DNA of 64,000 nt from Methanomicrobia archaeon (GCA_030603445.1 JAUVXU010000008.1:16770-80769); one strand, 5' to 3'. Numbered from the stretch's first letter, positions 48,370 through 59,520 are shown. Notes: generated by a model from the letters alone, not told the origin. Numbers and translations: made by a program.

Positions 48370-49297
48370 CTTCTAATACTTGACGAATTGCATCAATGAT
48401 GTCGTCTGCTGCTTTCTTGAAATCATCAACGCCTTTGGAACCTGCCGCAGATGGATGTCCACCACCTTCGCCATTGTTAATTATACTGGATTCGTGCATA
48501 ATAGTTGCAAGGTTTAGGCCTTTATTAGCTACACGCCTTCCGGCACGAGCAACAATGCGAGATCCCCTCTTCTCATTGACTATTATCACTACATCTGCGC
48601 CAATGTTAAGAATAGACCTGGCTATAAAAGATTCAAAAGACCCTATTGAAGTCCTCACTATAATATAATCCTTTACACGTATGATACGCATGCGCTGCAA
48701 TGCCTTCATAAGTGCGATACGTTGTGATAATTCGGATTCTTTTCTAAATAAAGAAAATATGTCCTCAAACAGTATGTCATCACCAATCATCTCGGACAAA
48801 GTGATAAATGTTTGTCTATTTGCATATTTCAAATGTCCTGTGTCGGCCATTATGCCGGCCAATAATGCTTTTCGTATAAATATATCATTAGGCTTTTCCA
48901 AAACTTCCCACACAAGTTCTGCATTAGATGTTGCGCACTTGCGGTATGCTAATTTAGGTGTGAAATCTGTTGTGGTATGATGATCGATTACAGCCAGATT
49001 ATCAGTCTTCTCAAGTAACGCCATGCATTTTCCAAGAAGGCTTGGGGATGATGTATCTAACACGAGTATAGCATCTGGTTCAGCTTCAAGTTCTCCCAAC
49101 GACCCACCTAAAGAATCAAGTATATATTTAGCTTGTTTGGATATCCCATCACAACATATGGAAATGTCCTTATTTTTAAAATAATGTTTAACAGATAATG
49201 CACAGCCTAATGCATCCGGATCTGCGTTGCTATGGCACAAAATTAAAAGATGTTGGCTCTTCTCTATGAAGAACCTAATATCATTACTAGAAAACAT
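48362..49297 (-). CDS. DHH-family phosphoesterase (NrnA-like)
   Basis: DHH motifs: CHSNADPDALG, DTS, IDHHTT. Start at MFSSNDIR (49297) abuts the prefoldin stop. Confidence 0.8.
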   Translation of the reverse strand: MFSSNDIRFFIEKSQHLLILCHSNADPDALGCALSVKHYFKNKDISICCDGISKQAKYILDSLGGSLGELEAEPDAILVLDTSSPSLLGKCMALLEKTDNLAVIDHHTTTDFTPKLAYRKCATSNAELVWEVLEKPNDIFIRKALLAGIMADTGHLKYANRQTFITLSEMIGDDILFEDIFSLFRKESELSQRIALMKALQRMRIIRVKDYIIVRTSIGSFESFIARSILNIGADVVIIVNEKRGSRIVARAGRRVANKGLNLATIMHESSIINNGEGGGHPSAAGSKGVDDFKKAADDIIDAIRQVLEGD

Positions 49298-49298
49298 C

Positions 49299-49658
49299 CT
49301 AACTTCCTTGTGCAAACTTTCCGGACCCAATAAGCTCCTGTATTTTTTTCTGGGATTCTTGGAGTTTTGTCCTTAAACGGGTTTCCTGGCGTTCGAGAGT
49401 AGTCTTCCTAAGGGAAAGTGTTTCCTTTCTTTTAGTCATATCCTCTTCCACAGTGGCCTTATCGCTCTTGAAAAGAATTGACCCTGCGCTCTTGTATACC
49501 TCTTCCTCACTAACGGCCTTAAGTGCCTCAAGCGTGTCTTCTAATTCTTTTAATTCAACAGTTACTGATTGTAATTGTGAAGCTATCATTTGGTATTGTT
49601 GTTCCACCTGCTGGAACTGTGTAATTTCATTTTGTACATTTGGCGGTATGTTCTGCAA
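49299..49658 (-). CDS. pfdB: prefoldin beta subunit
   Basis: 119-aa coiled-coil / beta-hairpin / coiled-coil layout. Confidence 0.7.
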   Translation of the reverse strand: MQNIPPNVQNEITQFQQVEQQYQMIASQLQSVTVELKELEDTLEALKAVSEEEVYKSAGSILFKSDKATVEEDMTKRKETLSLRKTTLERQETRLRTKLQESQKKIQELIGSGKFAQGS

Positions 49659-49707
49659 ATTATCACCATCAGAAAATATTACTTATTCTTTTAAAAATTT
49701 TGGCGTT

Positions 49708-50592
49708 CTAAGTGTAGACTTCTGCTCCATCTGCAGTTATAATCATTGAATGCTCAGACTGCGAGACATTACCTCCATCCATCTCCTTAAGTACGCTGTA
49801 AGCGTAAATAGATGATGAACGTACAAGGTACTTTAATGCGAACTCGGTTTTTCGTTTTGTATAAATTTCAGAAAGCCAGCGTTGTGCAAAGGGCAGATTT
49901 GAATAGTTCCTCTTTATGGTTTGCATTACTTTTCTTGCAAGAGGAAGCCTTATGGGTCTGTCCGCTAGGTACTTGAAGATAAGATACTGCTCATCGTCCA
50001 TTACTCGTCCCGCACCATCAGTTGCGAAAGGCTCTATAGCTATTATGTCACCTTCCTTCAGTGCCACGCCCTGCCCTGTATCTACGTTTGGTATTGAGGG
50101 GGAGCTATGCGTAAGATAACGGTCAAGCCCATGGCCAGTGAGGTTCTCGATAGGCTTAAATCCATATCCTGTTATGGTCTCGTTTATGACCCTGCCAATT
50201 TCATTTGTCTTTACTCCTGGCCTAACCATATCTATGGCCGCAGATAGAGCTTCTTTGCTAGCAATTATCAAATCATCGTCTGATTCTCCCACCTTGACTG
50301 TGAATGCTGTATCAGAAATGTAACCATCTACGTGCGCGCCAATATCTACCTTCACATAATCGCCTTTTGCAAATGTTTTTGCATCATCTATTGTGGGAGT
50401 ATAATGTGCTGAAATGTTATTGACAGAAATGTTCACTGGGAATGCTGGTGCACCGCCATATTCTTTTATCTTAGATTCTATAAACTTGGCAACGTCAACA
50501 TACTTCGCCCCTTGTTTTATAATGTCATGAGATTCAGTCTTTACTTTTCGTGCAATCTCTCCTGCTTTCAGATATTGGTCATGAGGATCCAT
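49708..50592 (-). CDS. map: methionine aminopeptidase (type 2)
   Basis: Pita-bread-fold metal ligands; N-terminus MDPHDQYLKAGEIARKV. Confidence 0.9.
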   Translation of the reverse strand: MDPHDQYLKAGEIARKVKTESHDIIKQGAKYVDVAKFIESKIKEYGGAPAFPVNISVNNISAHYTPTIDDAKTFAKGDYVKVDIGAHVDGYISDTAFTVKVGESDDDLIIASKEALSAAIDMVRPGVKTNEIGRVINETITGYGFKPIENLTGHGLDRYLTHSSPSIPNVDTGQGVALKEGDIIAIEPFATDGAGRVMDDEQYLIFKYLADRPIRLPLARKVMQTIKRNYSNLPFAQRWLSEIYTKRKTEFALKYLVRSSSIYAYSVLKEMDGGNVSQSEHSMIITADGAEVYT

Positions 50593-50722
50593 AATATTTC
50601 ACTGAATTGAATACAATTAGTATCTTAAAAAACTTTTGCAATCTGTTTGACTATGGAAAATACTTTTAATAAACGAGTATGAATAATAAATATCTAGTTT
50701 CCACATAATTGGTGAAAGCGCT

Positions 50723-51238
50723 ATGAATATACTTCCACCTAAAGAAAAATATGTAAAAATGGCACTTGAATTAGGTGCCTTGCATGCTATGATAATTAAG
50801 CCACAAGACGTAGTGCTAGATCCACGATGCTACTTGAAATGTATGTATGGGTGTGATGAATGGGGGAAAAAATGGACATGCCCATCCGCTCCCGGTGCAA
50901 TTGATATTTGGGAATTTGAAAAAATTCTACAGCGCTATAAAAACATACTTTTAATACATGTACCAGACAAATACTCCAACCAATCCATATCATTTGCCAT
51001 TGAACAACAAGCTTTTGTAGACGGTTATTACTTCGCATTTTCAATCTCAGATTGCTCATTATGCAAAGACTCCTGCGCTTATCCAAAACCATGCAGTAAC
51101 CCTAACAAAGCCAGACCATCAATGCAATCGTTGGGAATAGACGTCTTTGCCACAGTACAAAGCAAATCCCTGCCCTTGTCCACATTGAAAAATGAAGAGG
51201 AAAATCAGAATTGGTATTCTCTTGTTTTAATAGAGTGA
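50723..51238 (+). CDS. Cys-rich DUF2284-like putative metal-binding protein
   Basis: Multiple CxxC-type pairs. Confidence 0.45.
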   Translation: MNILPPKEKYVKMALELGALHAMIIKPQDVVLDPRCYLKCMYGCDEWGKKWTCPSAPGAIDIWEFEKILQRYKNILLIHVPDKYSNQSISFAIEQQAFVDGYYFAFSISDCSLCKDSCAYPKPCSNPNKARPSMQSLGIDVFATVQSKSLPLSTLKNEEENQNWYSLVLIE

Positions 51239-51242
51239 TATA

Positions 51243-52430
51243 ATGACAGAAAAGCTATACTTTATAGACAGTTACAATCTTGAGTTTGAATCTCCGATTA
51301 TCTCAATTTTAGAAAATGGCAAAGTATCTGAAATAATCCTTGAAAAAACTTGCTTTTATCCTGCATCTGGAGGACAACCTGCAGACATTGGCCACATAAA
51401 TGGGTGCCCAGTTGTTGACGTGCGTATAGAAAACGGAAAAATCATACATACAATTGAAGGAATTATTAATGGAAATGTTGTCCAGGGGATTGTAGATAAG
51501 AAAAGGCGTCTTGATAATATGCAGCAGCACACCGGCCAACATATTATCTCCCAGATTATTTTTCGATTATATGGAAAAAACACAGAATCATTGCATATAG
51601 GAAGAAAAATATCAACAATTGATATTCCTATAGAAAATTTATCTGAAGACGACATCTGTTCTATCGAAGATAAATCAAATAACATAGTCAATATGAATAT
51701 ACCCGTAATAATATATACAGCAAATAATGCTAGTGACCCTACCTACAGAAAAAAATCTGGGCTCAAGGGAGATATTCGTATCGTTGAGATAAAGAATTTT
51801 GATAAGACCCCTTGTGGAGGAACGCACTGTAGATCAACTAGCGAAGTGGGATTAATAAAGATACCAAACTATTACAAAAAAGGGGCACTTTGGAGAATTG
51901 AATTTATATGCGGAATGCGTTGCCTTAAACGGATGCAAGACCTCGAGAGCATATTACGTTTGGTTGTTGCAGACCTTATGGTGCCTGAAAAACATATAAC
52001 ATCTGCAATAAAGGAAAAGCTCGACGAAATGAAACGCTTGGCCAAACAAAATGAGCTTTTGACGCAAAGATTAGCTGCTCTTGAACTTGATCAAATTAGA
52101 AAAGAGGGCATCATCCATAAAGGATGTACCATTATTGCAAAACAGCTGAATGATGCGGCAGTTGCACAAGCAATGGCAAAGATAGTGCCAGATAGCCCAA
52201 AGACCATTCTTCTTACAGGATTTATCACAAAAAAAGGCGCTACCCTGTTATTTGCATGTTCGAAAGATAGCGGCATGTGTGCAGATAAGCTTCTCAAAGT
52301 TGCACTTCCAATAATAGATGGAAAGGGGGGAGGAAATCCTTATGTTGCTACTGGTTCAGGTCCTAACCAAAAATTCTTGAAAGCCGCACTAGACTCTGCA
52401 ATACGATACATTGAGGAGGGTCCTTGCTGA
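51243..52430 (+). CDS. alaX: alanyl-tRNA editing protein AlaX (long form)
   Basis: HTGQHII (HxxxH) and CGGTHC zinc motifs of the AlaRS editing domain. Confidence 0.85.
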   Translation: MTEKLYFIDSYNLEFESPIISILENGKVSEIILEKTCFYPASGGQPADIGHINGCPVVDVRIENGKIIHTIEGIINGNVVQGIVDKKRRLDNMQQHTGQHIISQIIFRLYGKNTESLHIGRKISTIDIPIENLSEDDICSIEDKSNNIVNMNIPVIIYTANNASDPTYRKKSGLKGDIRIVEIKNFDKTPCGGTHCRSTSEVGLIKIPNYYKKGALWRIEFICGMRCLKRMQDLESILRLVVADLMVPEKHITSAIKEKLDEMKRLAKQNELLTQRLAALELDQIRKEGIIHKGCTIIAKQLNDAAVAQAMAKIVPDSPKTILLTGFITKKGATLLFACSKDSGMCADKLLKVALPIIDGKGGGNPYVATGSGPNQKFLKAALDSAIRYIEEGPC

Positions 52431-53590
52431 CAAGCCAAAAAAATGTTCTTTTGATTTCATCACTAGCCCATGCCTACAGCCATGCCTGCATGCTGTCAAT
52501 ACCGCCAATTCTGTTGCTAATAAAATATGAATTCTCACTAAATTTTACGATGCTCTCACTTGTGGTTGCCGGATCCGGACTCCTGTTTGGCATTGGTGCC
52601 CTGCCTTTTGGAGCGCTCTCAGACAAGATTGGCCCTATCAAAGTAAACATCATGGGTGTTGTACTAGCAATACTTTCATGTATTGGCATATACATTACAC
52701 ACGATATCTACTCGTTTGTAATATTTTTGCTCTTGCTCGGTCTTGCCTCAAGCACTTATCATCCATCTGCGTTCAAATTGATTTCTTGCCTCTTTTCAAA
52801 AAATATAGGACGAGCCTTTGGCATTAATGGTCTTATAGGGAGCTCTGGCCAAATATTAGCCCCCATTAGTTCTGCATTCATTGCTTACAAGTGGGGATGG
52901 AGGCCAGTGTTTTTGATGCTTGCCATAATGGGGATTATAACACTTCTATTTCTCCTTAGAACTTATAACTATAATATCAGCATCCCTAAAATTGCAGAAA
53001 AGCAAAAATTTAGAATCTCACGAGAAATAGTCCTCATACTTGCTATCTCAACGCTAGGGGGACTATCATATCGCAGCATCGTAACAATGCTTCCGGCATA
53101 TACATCGATAATTTATGGGAAAGATACGCTTCAGGCTGGTGCACTTGTAACCCTCATGTTAGTCACAGGCGGCATCTCTCAAGTAGTTGCCGGGGAAATA
53201 AATGACAGATATGGATCAATAAAACCCTTTCTTATAGCAACAATCATTTCATTTATAAGCATCGTAGTTATCATGATGAAGAATTATTCTTTTTTTATGA
53301 TGGGACTTGTTATATTTGGTTCAGCATACTTTGCCATTAACTTGTTTATCAACTCATTAATAGGCACAAATACACCACATATTCACAGAGGAAAAATATA
53401 TGGCATAACCTTCTTCACACGATTTGGGTTAGGATTCTTAGCACCAGTTATCGTAGGTATAGTAACAGATCTTTACTCAATAAGTTACCTCTTTCATATA
53501 GTGATAATATTTATGGCAATGCTCGTGCTGCTTACAATGTACCTTTACCGTAACTCTTATCATGTGCCATGTCGCCAGGAAGATAAGTAG
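52424..53590 (+). CDS. MFS transporter
   Basis: Twelve TM-like segments; MFS loop motif. Confidence 0.8.
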   Translation: MLTSQKNVLLISSLAHAYSHACMLSIPPILLLIKYEFSLNFTMLSLVVAGSGLLFGIGALPFGALSDKIGPIKVNIMGVVLAILSCIGIYITHDIYSFVIFLLLLGLASSTYHPSAFKLISCLFSKNIGRAFGINGLIGSSGQILAPISSAFIAYKWGWRPVFLMLAIMGIITLLFLLRTYNYNISIPKIAEKQKFRISREIVLILAISTLGGLSYRSIVTMLPAYTSIIYGKDTLQAGALVTLMLVTGGISQVVAGEINDRYGSIKPFLIATIISFISIVVIMMKNYSFFMMGLVIFGSAYFAINLFINSLIGTNTPHIHRGKIYGITFFTRFGLGFLAPVIVGIVTDLYSISYLFHIVIIFMAMLVLLTMYLYRNSYHVPCRQEDK

Positions 53591-54801
53591 TCCTCCTGTT
53601 CGGGCGTTAGAACATCTATAGACATAGACTCAGATTCCAGTTTCATCCTGGCAACGCTTTTGTCTATATATTCTGGAACAGGATATACGCGTTTTTCAAG
53701 ATGTGCTAAAAGCAAGTACTCGGCCGATAATAGTTGAAGTGCAAAACTCATATCCATAATCTCTGCAGGATGGCCATCAGCACATGCTAAGTTCACCAAT
53801 CTGCCTTCACCAAGAACATGCAGCCATGAGTCATCTAAACGGTAACTGGTGATATTTGTACGAGCAATACGCTTTTCCTTTGAGATCTCTTCAAGTCCGG
53901 CAACGTCTACCTCAACATCAAAATGCCCCGCGTTAGCTAAGATAGCCCCATCTTTCATTAGTTTGAAATGGTCTTTGGTAATAACATTGTTGCACCCTGT
54001 GGCTGTGATGAATATATCTCCCCTCACTGCCGCATCTTTCATAATCATCACCCTAAATCCATCCATATGCGCCTCTATTGCTTTTATTGGATCCACTTCC
54101 GTCACTATGATATTTGCACCCATGCCCTTGGCACGCATGGCAATTCCCCTGCCACACCACCCATATCCTGCAATGACAACTGTTTTTCCTGCTATAATTA
54201 GATTAGTGGTGCGCATAATGCCATCTAATGTAGACTGGCCTGTGCCATATCGGTTATCGAAAAGATATTTACAACAAGCATCATTAACAGCAATAGCGGG
54301 AAAACACAGAGCGCCTTCTCTTTCCATTGCATTTAGCCTAACTACCCCTGTTGTAGTCTCTTCACACAACCCCTTAACGTCTGGAAGAAGCTCTCTTCTA
54401 TGTGTATGAAGGGCATATGCAAGGTCTCCGCCATCATCAATTACCAAAGCTGGCGATATATCAAGTGTCTTGTTCAGATTTTCAAAATAATCCTCCGACG
54501 ACTGACCATACCTTGCATTCACTTTAACGCCACGATTTTTCAATGCGGCGGCAACATCGTCTTGTGTAGTAAGAGGATTACTGCCACATATAGATACTTT
54601 TGCACCTGCCTCATGCAATACAAATGCAGCAAAAGCTGTCTTTGCCTCAAGATGCAAACAACAAGCAACAGGTACCCCTTCAAATGGTCGCTCTTCCTTG
54701 AATCTTAGAAGCACTTTATTCACAACAGGCATATGGGACTCAACCCATTTCATCTTACGTTCTCCTGAAGCAATAACATCGTTCATAATACCCCAATACA
54801 T
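53560..54801 (-). CDS. ahcY: adenosylhomocysteinase
   Basis: NAD Rossmann [14 protein letters not shown] and SAHH substrate-domain blocks. Confidence 0.9.
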   Translation of the reverse strand: MYWGIMNDVIASGERKMKWVESHMPVVNKVLLRFKEERPFEGVPVACCLHLEAKTAFAAFVLHEAGAKVSICGSNPLTTQDDVAAALKNRGVKVNARYGQSSEDYFENLNKTLDISPALVIDDGGDLAYALHTHRRELLPDVKGLCEETTTGVVRLNAMEREGALCFPAIAVNDACCKYLFDNRYGTGQSTLDGIMRTTNLIIAGKTVVIAGYGWCGRGIAMRAKGMGANIIVTEVDPIKAIEAHMDGFRVMIMKDAAVRGDIFITATGCNNVITKDHFKLMKDGAILANAGHFDVEVDVAGLEEISKEKRIARTNITSYRLDDSWLHVLGEGRLVNLACADGHPAEIMDMSFALQLLSAEYLLLAHLEKRVYPVPEYIDKSVARMKLESESMSIDVLTPEQEDYLSSWRHGT

Positions 54802-54884
54802 TCAATACTTTTTAATGTTACCAATTATAAAGATTAAATGACAGCAAAATTTATAAACAAAGAATAATCCTTTTTTTTAGTACT

Positions 54885-54961
54885 GCCCCGATGGCTTAGC
54901 ATGGTATAGCGTCCGCTTGGTAAGCGGGAGATCGCGGGTTCAAATCCCGCCCGGGGCTCCA
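54885..54961 (+). tRNA. tRNA-Thr (GGT)
   Basis: Acceptor GCCCCGA/CCGGGGC, anticodon loop TTGGTAA, T-loop GGTTCAAATCC, CCA encoded. Confidence 0.85.
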
Positions 54962-55053
54962 TTATAAAACGCGCAAAAATAAATACTTAGTAAAGATGTA
55001 TCATTAAAAAACAGAAAACTTTTTATGGACCTTTAGATAGGATGTAACAATAT

Positions 55054-55131
55054 GCCCTGGTCGCCAAGCCTGGGAAGGCGCTAGACTGAAGATCTAGTAT
55101 TTCGCCGGTTCAAATCCGGCCCAGGGCACCA
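55054..55131 (+). tRNA. tRNA-Phe (GAA)
   Basis: Acceptor GCCCTGG/CCAGGGC, anticodon loop CTGAAGA, T-loop GGTTCAAATCC, CCA encoded. Confidence 0.85.
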
Positions 55132-55206
55132 ATTCTATGCTATTTTTCCTATACTGGAAAGAGATTATAATATTTTTTATAAAATAATATAGATATATTT
55201 TTATAT

Positions 55207-57054
55207 TTGCAACTAATCCGTTATATTGATAATATGTCAACAAAAGATAAAAAATCAATAGGTGTAATGATAATCTTATTCTTATTGATACTTCTTCCTC
55301 TAATTATTCCTAGTGAGTATGTAAAAATATATGAAGACGCGTTGACATTATTCTTGCCTACTTTCGCTTTTGCCGTAGGATTCATTGTCTTAAACGCATA
55401 TATAAAAAAAGAAATGAAAGTATTGTTTAGCCTTCTAACATTAGCCCCCCTTATGTGGGCAATAGCGGAGTTTATGCGGTGGATTATAAATAAAGAAGGA
55501 GAATTTATTGCATACTCTCTATCCTTTGATTTGTTCTACACCATAGGCTTTATGTTTGTATTAAGTGCCCTTATCTATCATTACTATAAACAACCTGAAA
55601 AGCAATTAATTAAGCATACGATAATCACAATAACACTTGTAGGGGCATTTGCTGGAGTACTTGCATACTACCTTTTTGTTTTTAAATCATTCTCCTTTAA
55701 CGATTCAACGGTGCAGATAACATTAGCATATTTTGCTATAGATATATTCATACTCCTTTTTTCATTGCTTAATCTAGAACTTAATATCAAGAAAAGCACT
55801 TTCTCATTCTGGGTATGGATTGTTGCTTTTATTCTATTTACAATAGTGGGGGATTTAATATATGGTATAGGAGTATTAGACCTCACATACGCCCCCAATG
55901 GAATCTCTGATATACTGTTTAACTTCTCATATGGGTGCATTGTTATGGCTTTTCTTTTCAGTACTGGAGCAAAGTCTGCTAAGATAAAAGATGTAGAGGA
56001 ACGATACCTAACAATTTTCAATTACAGCGGTGCAGCAACGGTAATGGCTGATGAACACAACACAATCCTACTAGCCAACAATCAATTTATGGCTCTCACA
56101 AATTACCCTAAAGAAGAAATAATTGGTATAATGCACTGGCCAGATATAGTAGACGCCAAAGAAAGGAAATCTATACTACTCATGCTTAACAGGATGAAAA
56201 ATGTCGAGAGCACCAAACCCTTAACTAAAGACATTAAACTATATACAAAAAAAGGAAATGCCCTTTATTGTAACATTATTTTTAGTTTCATACCCCATAC
56301 CGATATTAAGGTTATAACAGTGGTTGATATAACAGAACGAAAGAAGCTCGAGGTTGAACTTAAAAAAATAAACGAAGATCTACAAAACTTCACCTTTACA
56401 GTTTCACACGATCTAAAAGAACCACTGCGCAATATATCTTCTCTCGCAACGTATCTTAAACGTGATTATGAAGATAAAATAGATGAAATGGGTGTGGAAT
56501 TCTTAAACACACTAGTATATTCAGTATCTACTATGTCAAAACTTGTCGAAGATCTCCTAACGCTTTCTAGAATCGGGAGGAAGAATGCAAATTTCAGTTT
56601 TGTGGAGCTTAATGAACTTATTGAAGAAATATTGCACGATCTAAGCAAAACTATTGAAGAAAAAAATGTTGTTATCAACTATGAAAAACTCCCCAAAGCA
56701 ATGGTACAGAAAACCTGGATGAAACAAGTATTCCAAAACCTTATAACAAATGCAATGAAGTTCAATGATTCTAAACAGCCAACAATAGATATTACTTGTA
56801 AAGATTTCGATTTTTATTATGAATTCATAGTAAAGGACAATGGAATAGGGATACAGGATAACTACAAGGAACGTATCTTCAAACTGTTCGAACAGTTGCA
56901 CCCCCGTGAAAGTTATGGTGGTACAGGCGCCGGACTCGCAATTGTAAAGAAAATTATTAAAGAGCATAAGGGGGATATTTGGGTAGAGGGAAAAGAAGGG
57001 GAGGGATCCACTTTCCACTTTACTATTGAAAAATTCTTTATTGGTGAACTGTGA
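55207..57054 (+). CDS. sensor histidine kinase (polytopic N-terminal membrane domain, PAS, HisKA, HATPase)
   Basis: Six to seven TM helices; H-box VSHDLKEPLRNI; N/G1/G2 ATP-lid motifs (GGTGAGLAIVKK). Confidence 0.85.
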   Translation: MQLIRYIDNMSTKDKKSIGVMIILFLLILLPLIIPSEYVKIYEDALTLFLPTFAFAVGFIVLNAYIKKEMKVLFSLLTLAPLMWAIAEFMRWIINKEGEFIAYSLSFDLFYTIGFMFVLSALIYHYYKQPEKQLIKHTIITITLVGAFAGVLAYYLFVFKSFSFNDSTVQITLAYFAIDIFILLFSLLNLELNIKKSTFSFWVWIVAFILFTIVGDLIYGIGVLDLTYAPNGISDILFNFSYGCIVMAFLFSTGAKSAKIKDVEERYLTIFNYSGAATVMADEHNTILLANNQFMALTNYPKEEIIGIMHWPDIVDAKERKSILLMLNRMKNVESTKPLTKDIKLYTKKGNALYCNIIFSFIPHTDIKVITVVDITERKKLEVELKKINEDLQNFTFTVSHDLKEPLRNISSLATYLKRDYEDKIDEMGVEFLNTLVYSVSTMSKLVEDLLTLSRIGRKNANFSFVELNELIEEILHDLSKTIEEKNVVINYEKLPKAMVQKTWMKQVFQNLITNAMKFNDSKQPTIDITCKDFDFYYEFIVKDNGIGIQDNYKERIFKLFEQLHPRESYGGTGAGLAIVKKIIKEHKGDIWVEGKEGEGSTFHFTIEKFFIGEL

Positions 57055-57482
57055 TGCCAAGAGAAGGGATTCTTATCATAGACGACAATGTGACAGACGG
57101 ATTTGTCATTAAAAGAACTTTATCATCTTTAACGCATGAAGAAATTACGATAGCACGCAATGGATTAGAAGCACTCTCGTTCTTTTCCCAAAGACTCAAA
57201 GGTGAAGAAGGAAGTGCCTTGCCGAGATTAATTACACTAGATCTCAATATGCCTAAGATGAATGGTTTTGAAGTTCTTGAACGCATTAAAAAAAACTCAC
57301 AAACCAAAGATATCCCTATTATCATACTAACATCATCACAACTATCTGAAGAAGTAAAGCGCTCATACTATCTCGGGGCAAATAGCTATATTGTAAAACC
57401 TACAGATCATGATGAATTTGAAAAAATAATAGGATATATGTATAATTACTGGTTTGTATTCTCAAAAATACCATTGGAATGA
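57051..57482 (+). CDS. response regulator, stand-alone receiver (CheY-like)
   Basis: DD...D...K receiver residues (IIDDN, LDLNMP); ATGA overlap with the HK gene. Confidence 0.85.
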   Translation: MMPREGILIIDDNVTDGFVIKRTLSSLTHEEITIARNGLEALSFFSQRLKGEEGSALPRLITLDLNMPKMNGFEVLERIKKNSQTKDIPIIILTSSQLSEEVKRSYYLGANSYIVKPTDHDEFEKIIGYMYNYWFVFSKIPLE

Positions 57483-58168
57483 GAAATATGGAAAAAGAAA
57501 ACAACGAAGGCCCACGAATACTATATGTAGAAGATAATAGTACAGATGTTTTAATAATGAAAAGATTGCTTGAGGGCATTTTTCCCCAGGGATACGAACT
57601 AACAAATACACCTATTGGGTCAACAGGTATGTCCAAAGTAAAAAACGAATACTATGACTTTGTTATTCTTGACTATAAATTGCCTCGTATGACGGGACTA
57701 GAAATATTAGAACAAATGAAAAAAGAGAGTATAGATATACCTGTTATTTTTGTTACGGGACAAGGCGATGATGAGATAGCTGTCAAAGCACTTAAGATGG
57801 GTGCATATGATTACTTAATAAAAGGAAATCTTGATTCAAAGGAATCCAAACTCTCCATTCTAGAATTATGGAACCTTATTACTTATATGAAAAGGGACAC
57901 CGGCGCGGACCTTCTATCCAGCCTTACCCAGAAAAGAACAACTTTTGATGTTATCTCCGACATACTGCAAAACTCACTTTATGGTATTGGGAAAACGACA
58001 CTTGTCTTCAAATCGAACATGAACTTTAAACGAATAGAAAAATATTTAGCATTCCTTATAGCAAAAGGATTTCTACATCACGACCCCGATGAACAATACA
58101 CAACAACAGAAGATGGGAAAAAACTTATAAAAGCGATAATTGAGCTAAAAGCGCTTTTGAATAAATAA
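57479..58168 (+). CDS. response regulator with C-terminal winged-helix-like domain
   Basis: Receiver (LYVEDN, LDYKLP) plus about 100-aa C-terminal domain; overlaps the previous gene. Confidence 0.8.
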   Translation: MRNMEKENNEGPRILYVEDNSTDVLIMKRLLEGIFPQGYELTNTPIGSTGMSKVKNEYYDFVILDYKLPRMTGLEILEQMKKESIDIPVIFVTGQGDDEIAVKALKMGAYDYLIKGNLDSKESKLSILELWNLITYMKRDTGADLLSSLTQKRTTFDVISDILQNSLYGIGKTTLVFKSNMNFKRIEKYLAFLIAKGFLHHDPDEQYTTTEDGKKLIKAIIELKALLNK

Positions 58169-58252
58169 AAAATCTGCTTTTTTCCCTTGACTAAATATCA
58201 TTCAAAAATAATCATTGCAAACCATATGAAGATACGTAATAAAAAAAGTGGT

Positions 58253-58436
58253 GGGGACGGCGGGATTCGAACCCGAGTCCACGGGTTTCTCCGATTTCGC
58301 ACTGTTTTGTGCGCGCTCCATAAATTCTTCATCCGCAAGCTTTTGATATGCGTCTGTAAACCCGTAGTATTAATCTATTTATCTCTGGAGCCCATGATGA
58401 TAGGCCTCTACACTACGTCCCCTTGTACAAAAATAA
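58253..58436 (-). tRNA. intron-containing tRNA gene (probably two introns; anticodon tentatively TAC/Val)
   Basis: Reverse complement has 5' GGGGACG-TA-GTGT and 3' ...TCGGG-TTCGAAT-CCCGC-CGTCCCC-A-CCA, a 7/7 acceptor pairing. D-stem GTGT/ATAC and anticodon stem ACGGG/CCCGT are separated by insertions of about 30 and about 67 nt. Confidence 0.5.
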
Positions 58437-58465
58437 AATATGAACAAAGTTTTTAAGTTTTTCCC

Positions 58466-59416
58466 TCATATGCAAAGTCTTCCCGGGACTTTAGGAAATG
58501 GCGCCGCATCCTCGATTCTTTTGAAACCACATATATAGCGAACTAACCTTTCAATACCTATGCCAAACCCTGCTGATGGAACTAAACCCCTAGAAGCCAT
58601 CTCAAGAAGAATAGAATAATCCTCCACATCTTGTTTCTTTTTGTTTATCCTATCTACAATTCTATCATGAGAGTACTCTCTCTCCCCGCCAGATAATGCT
58701 TCACCAAATCCTTCAGGATATATTAAATCCATATCTAACAATATGCCTGGTTGTTCTGGATCTTCTTTATCATAGAATTCTCTAGCGTCAAGAGGGATAT
58801 CTATTAACCAGATAGGCTCATCATTATCGATAGATAAAGCGTCCTCAAAATCTGAACCATATTGTGCTTCTGCATCCAAATAACTAATTTTTTTGAATGG
58901 TGCACGAGGTGTTTTCAAATTACGTCCTAGTTCCTTTAGCTCATTTTGCAAATGCTCATTGCAATACTGCATAAGTCCAACATGCATGCGCTCCATTAAG
59001 CCCATGACATCTTCGCGTGTTGCATCTTTTACTTCAAGATCTAATTGGGTAAACTCAAATAGATGTCTTCCACTATCTGCTTTTTCCTCGCATTCAAAAC
59101 GAAGGTTTGGCGAAAAGCAGAATATTTTTGAATTAGCCAATAAAGCTAACTGTTTATGGAATATCATCGACTTTGTAAGCTGGTATTGATGCCCATAACA
59201 TGATAGAACCGGATCTAAGGTAGGATGGTTCAAAGGATCTGTTATGGGGGATAAGATAACAGGGGGAATTTCGATAAAGTTCTCCTCAAACAAAAAATTT
59301 CCCAGATATCTTCGTGCGTATGTGTGAACTTTTAAAGCGATGCCCATATTTTTTGAAGAAAGCCTTGTATAATAGTATTCAGAGGCTTTTTCTGTAAATT
59401 CATTGATTGTTATCAT
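58466..59416 (-). CDS. asnA: AsnRS-like asparagine synthetase A (class II aaRS catalytic core without anticodon-binding domain)
   Basis: Motif 2-like FECEEK...FTQLDLE and motif 3 GFGIGIERLV; only 316 aa. Confidence 0.6.
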   Translation of the reverse strand: MITINEFTEKASEYYYTRLSSKNMGIALKVHTYARRYLGNFLFEENFIEIPPVILSPITDPLNHPTLDPVLSCYGHQYQLTKSMIFHKQLALLANSKIFCFSPNLRFECEEKADSGRHLFEFTQLDLEVKDATREDVMGLMERMHVGLMQYCNEHLQNELKELGRNLKTPRAPFKKISYLDAEAQYGSDFEDALSIDNDEPIWLIDIPLDAREFYDKEDPEQPGILLDMDLIYPEGFGEALSGGEREYSHDRIVDRINKKKQDVEDYSILLEMASRGLVPSAGFGIGIERLVRYICGFKRIEDAAPFPKVPGRLCI

Positions 59417-59520
59417 AAGGGGCTAAATTATAAATTTCTATTTATATCTTTCGTCTTTTATTATGTCATAGTGTAATATAATAGTAAAATTTATATATAT
59501 GATTACGACAAAATGAAAAT

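Noticed and set aside
58187-58456. 89-aa plus-strand ORF
   Set aside because: Overlaps the intron-containing tRNA locus on the opposite strand; tRNA end features are far stronger evidence.
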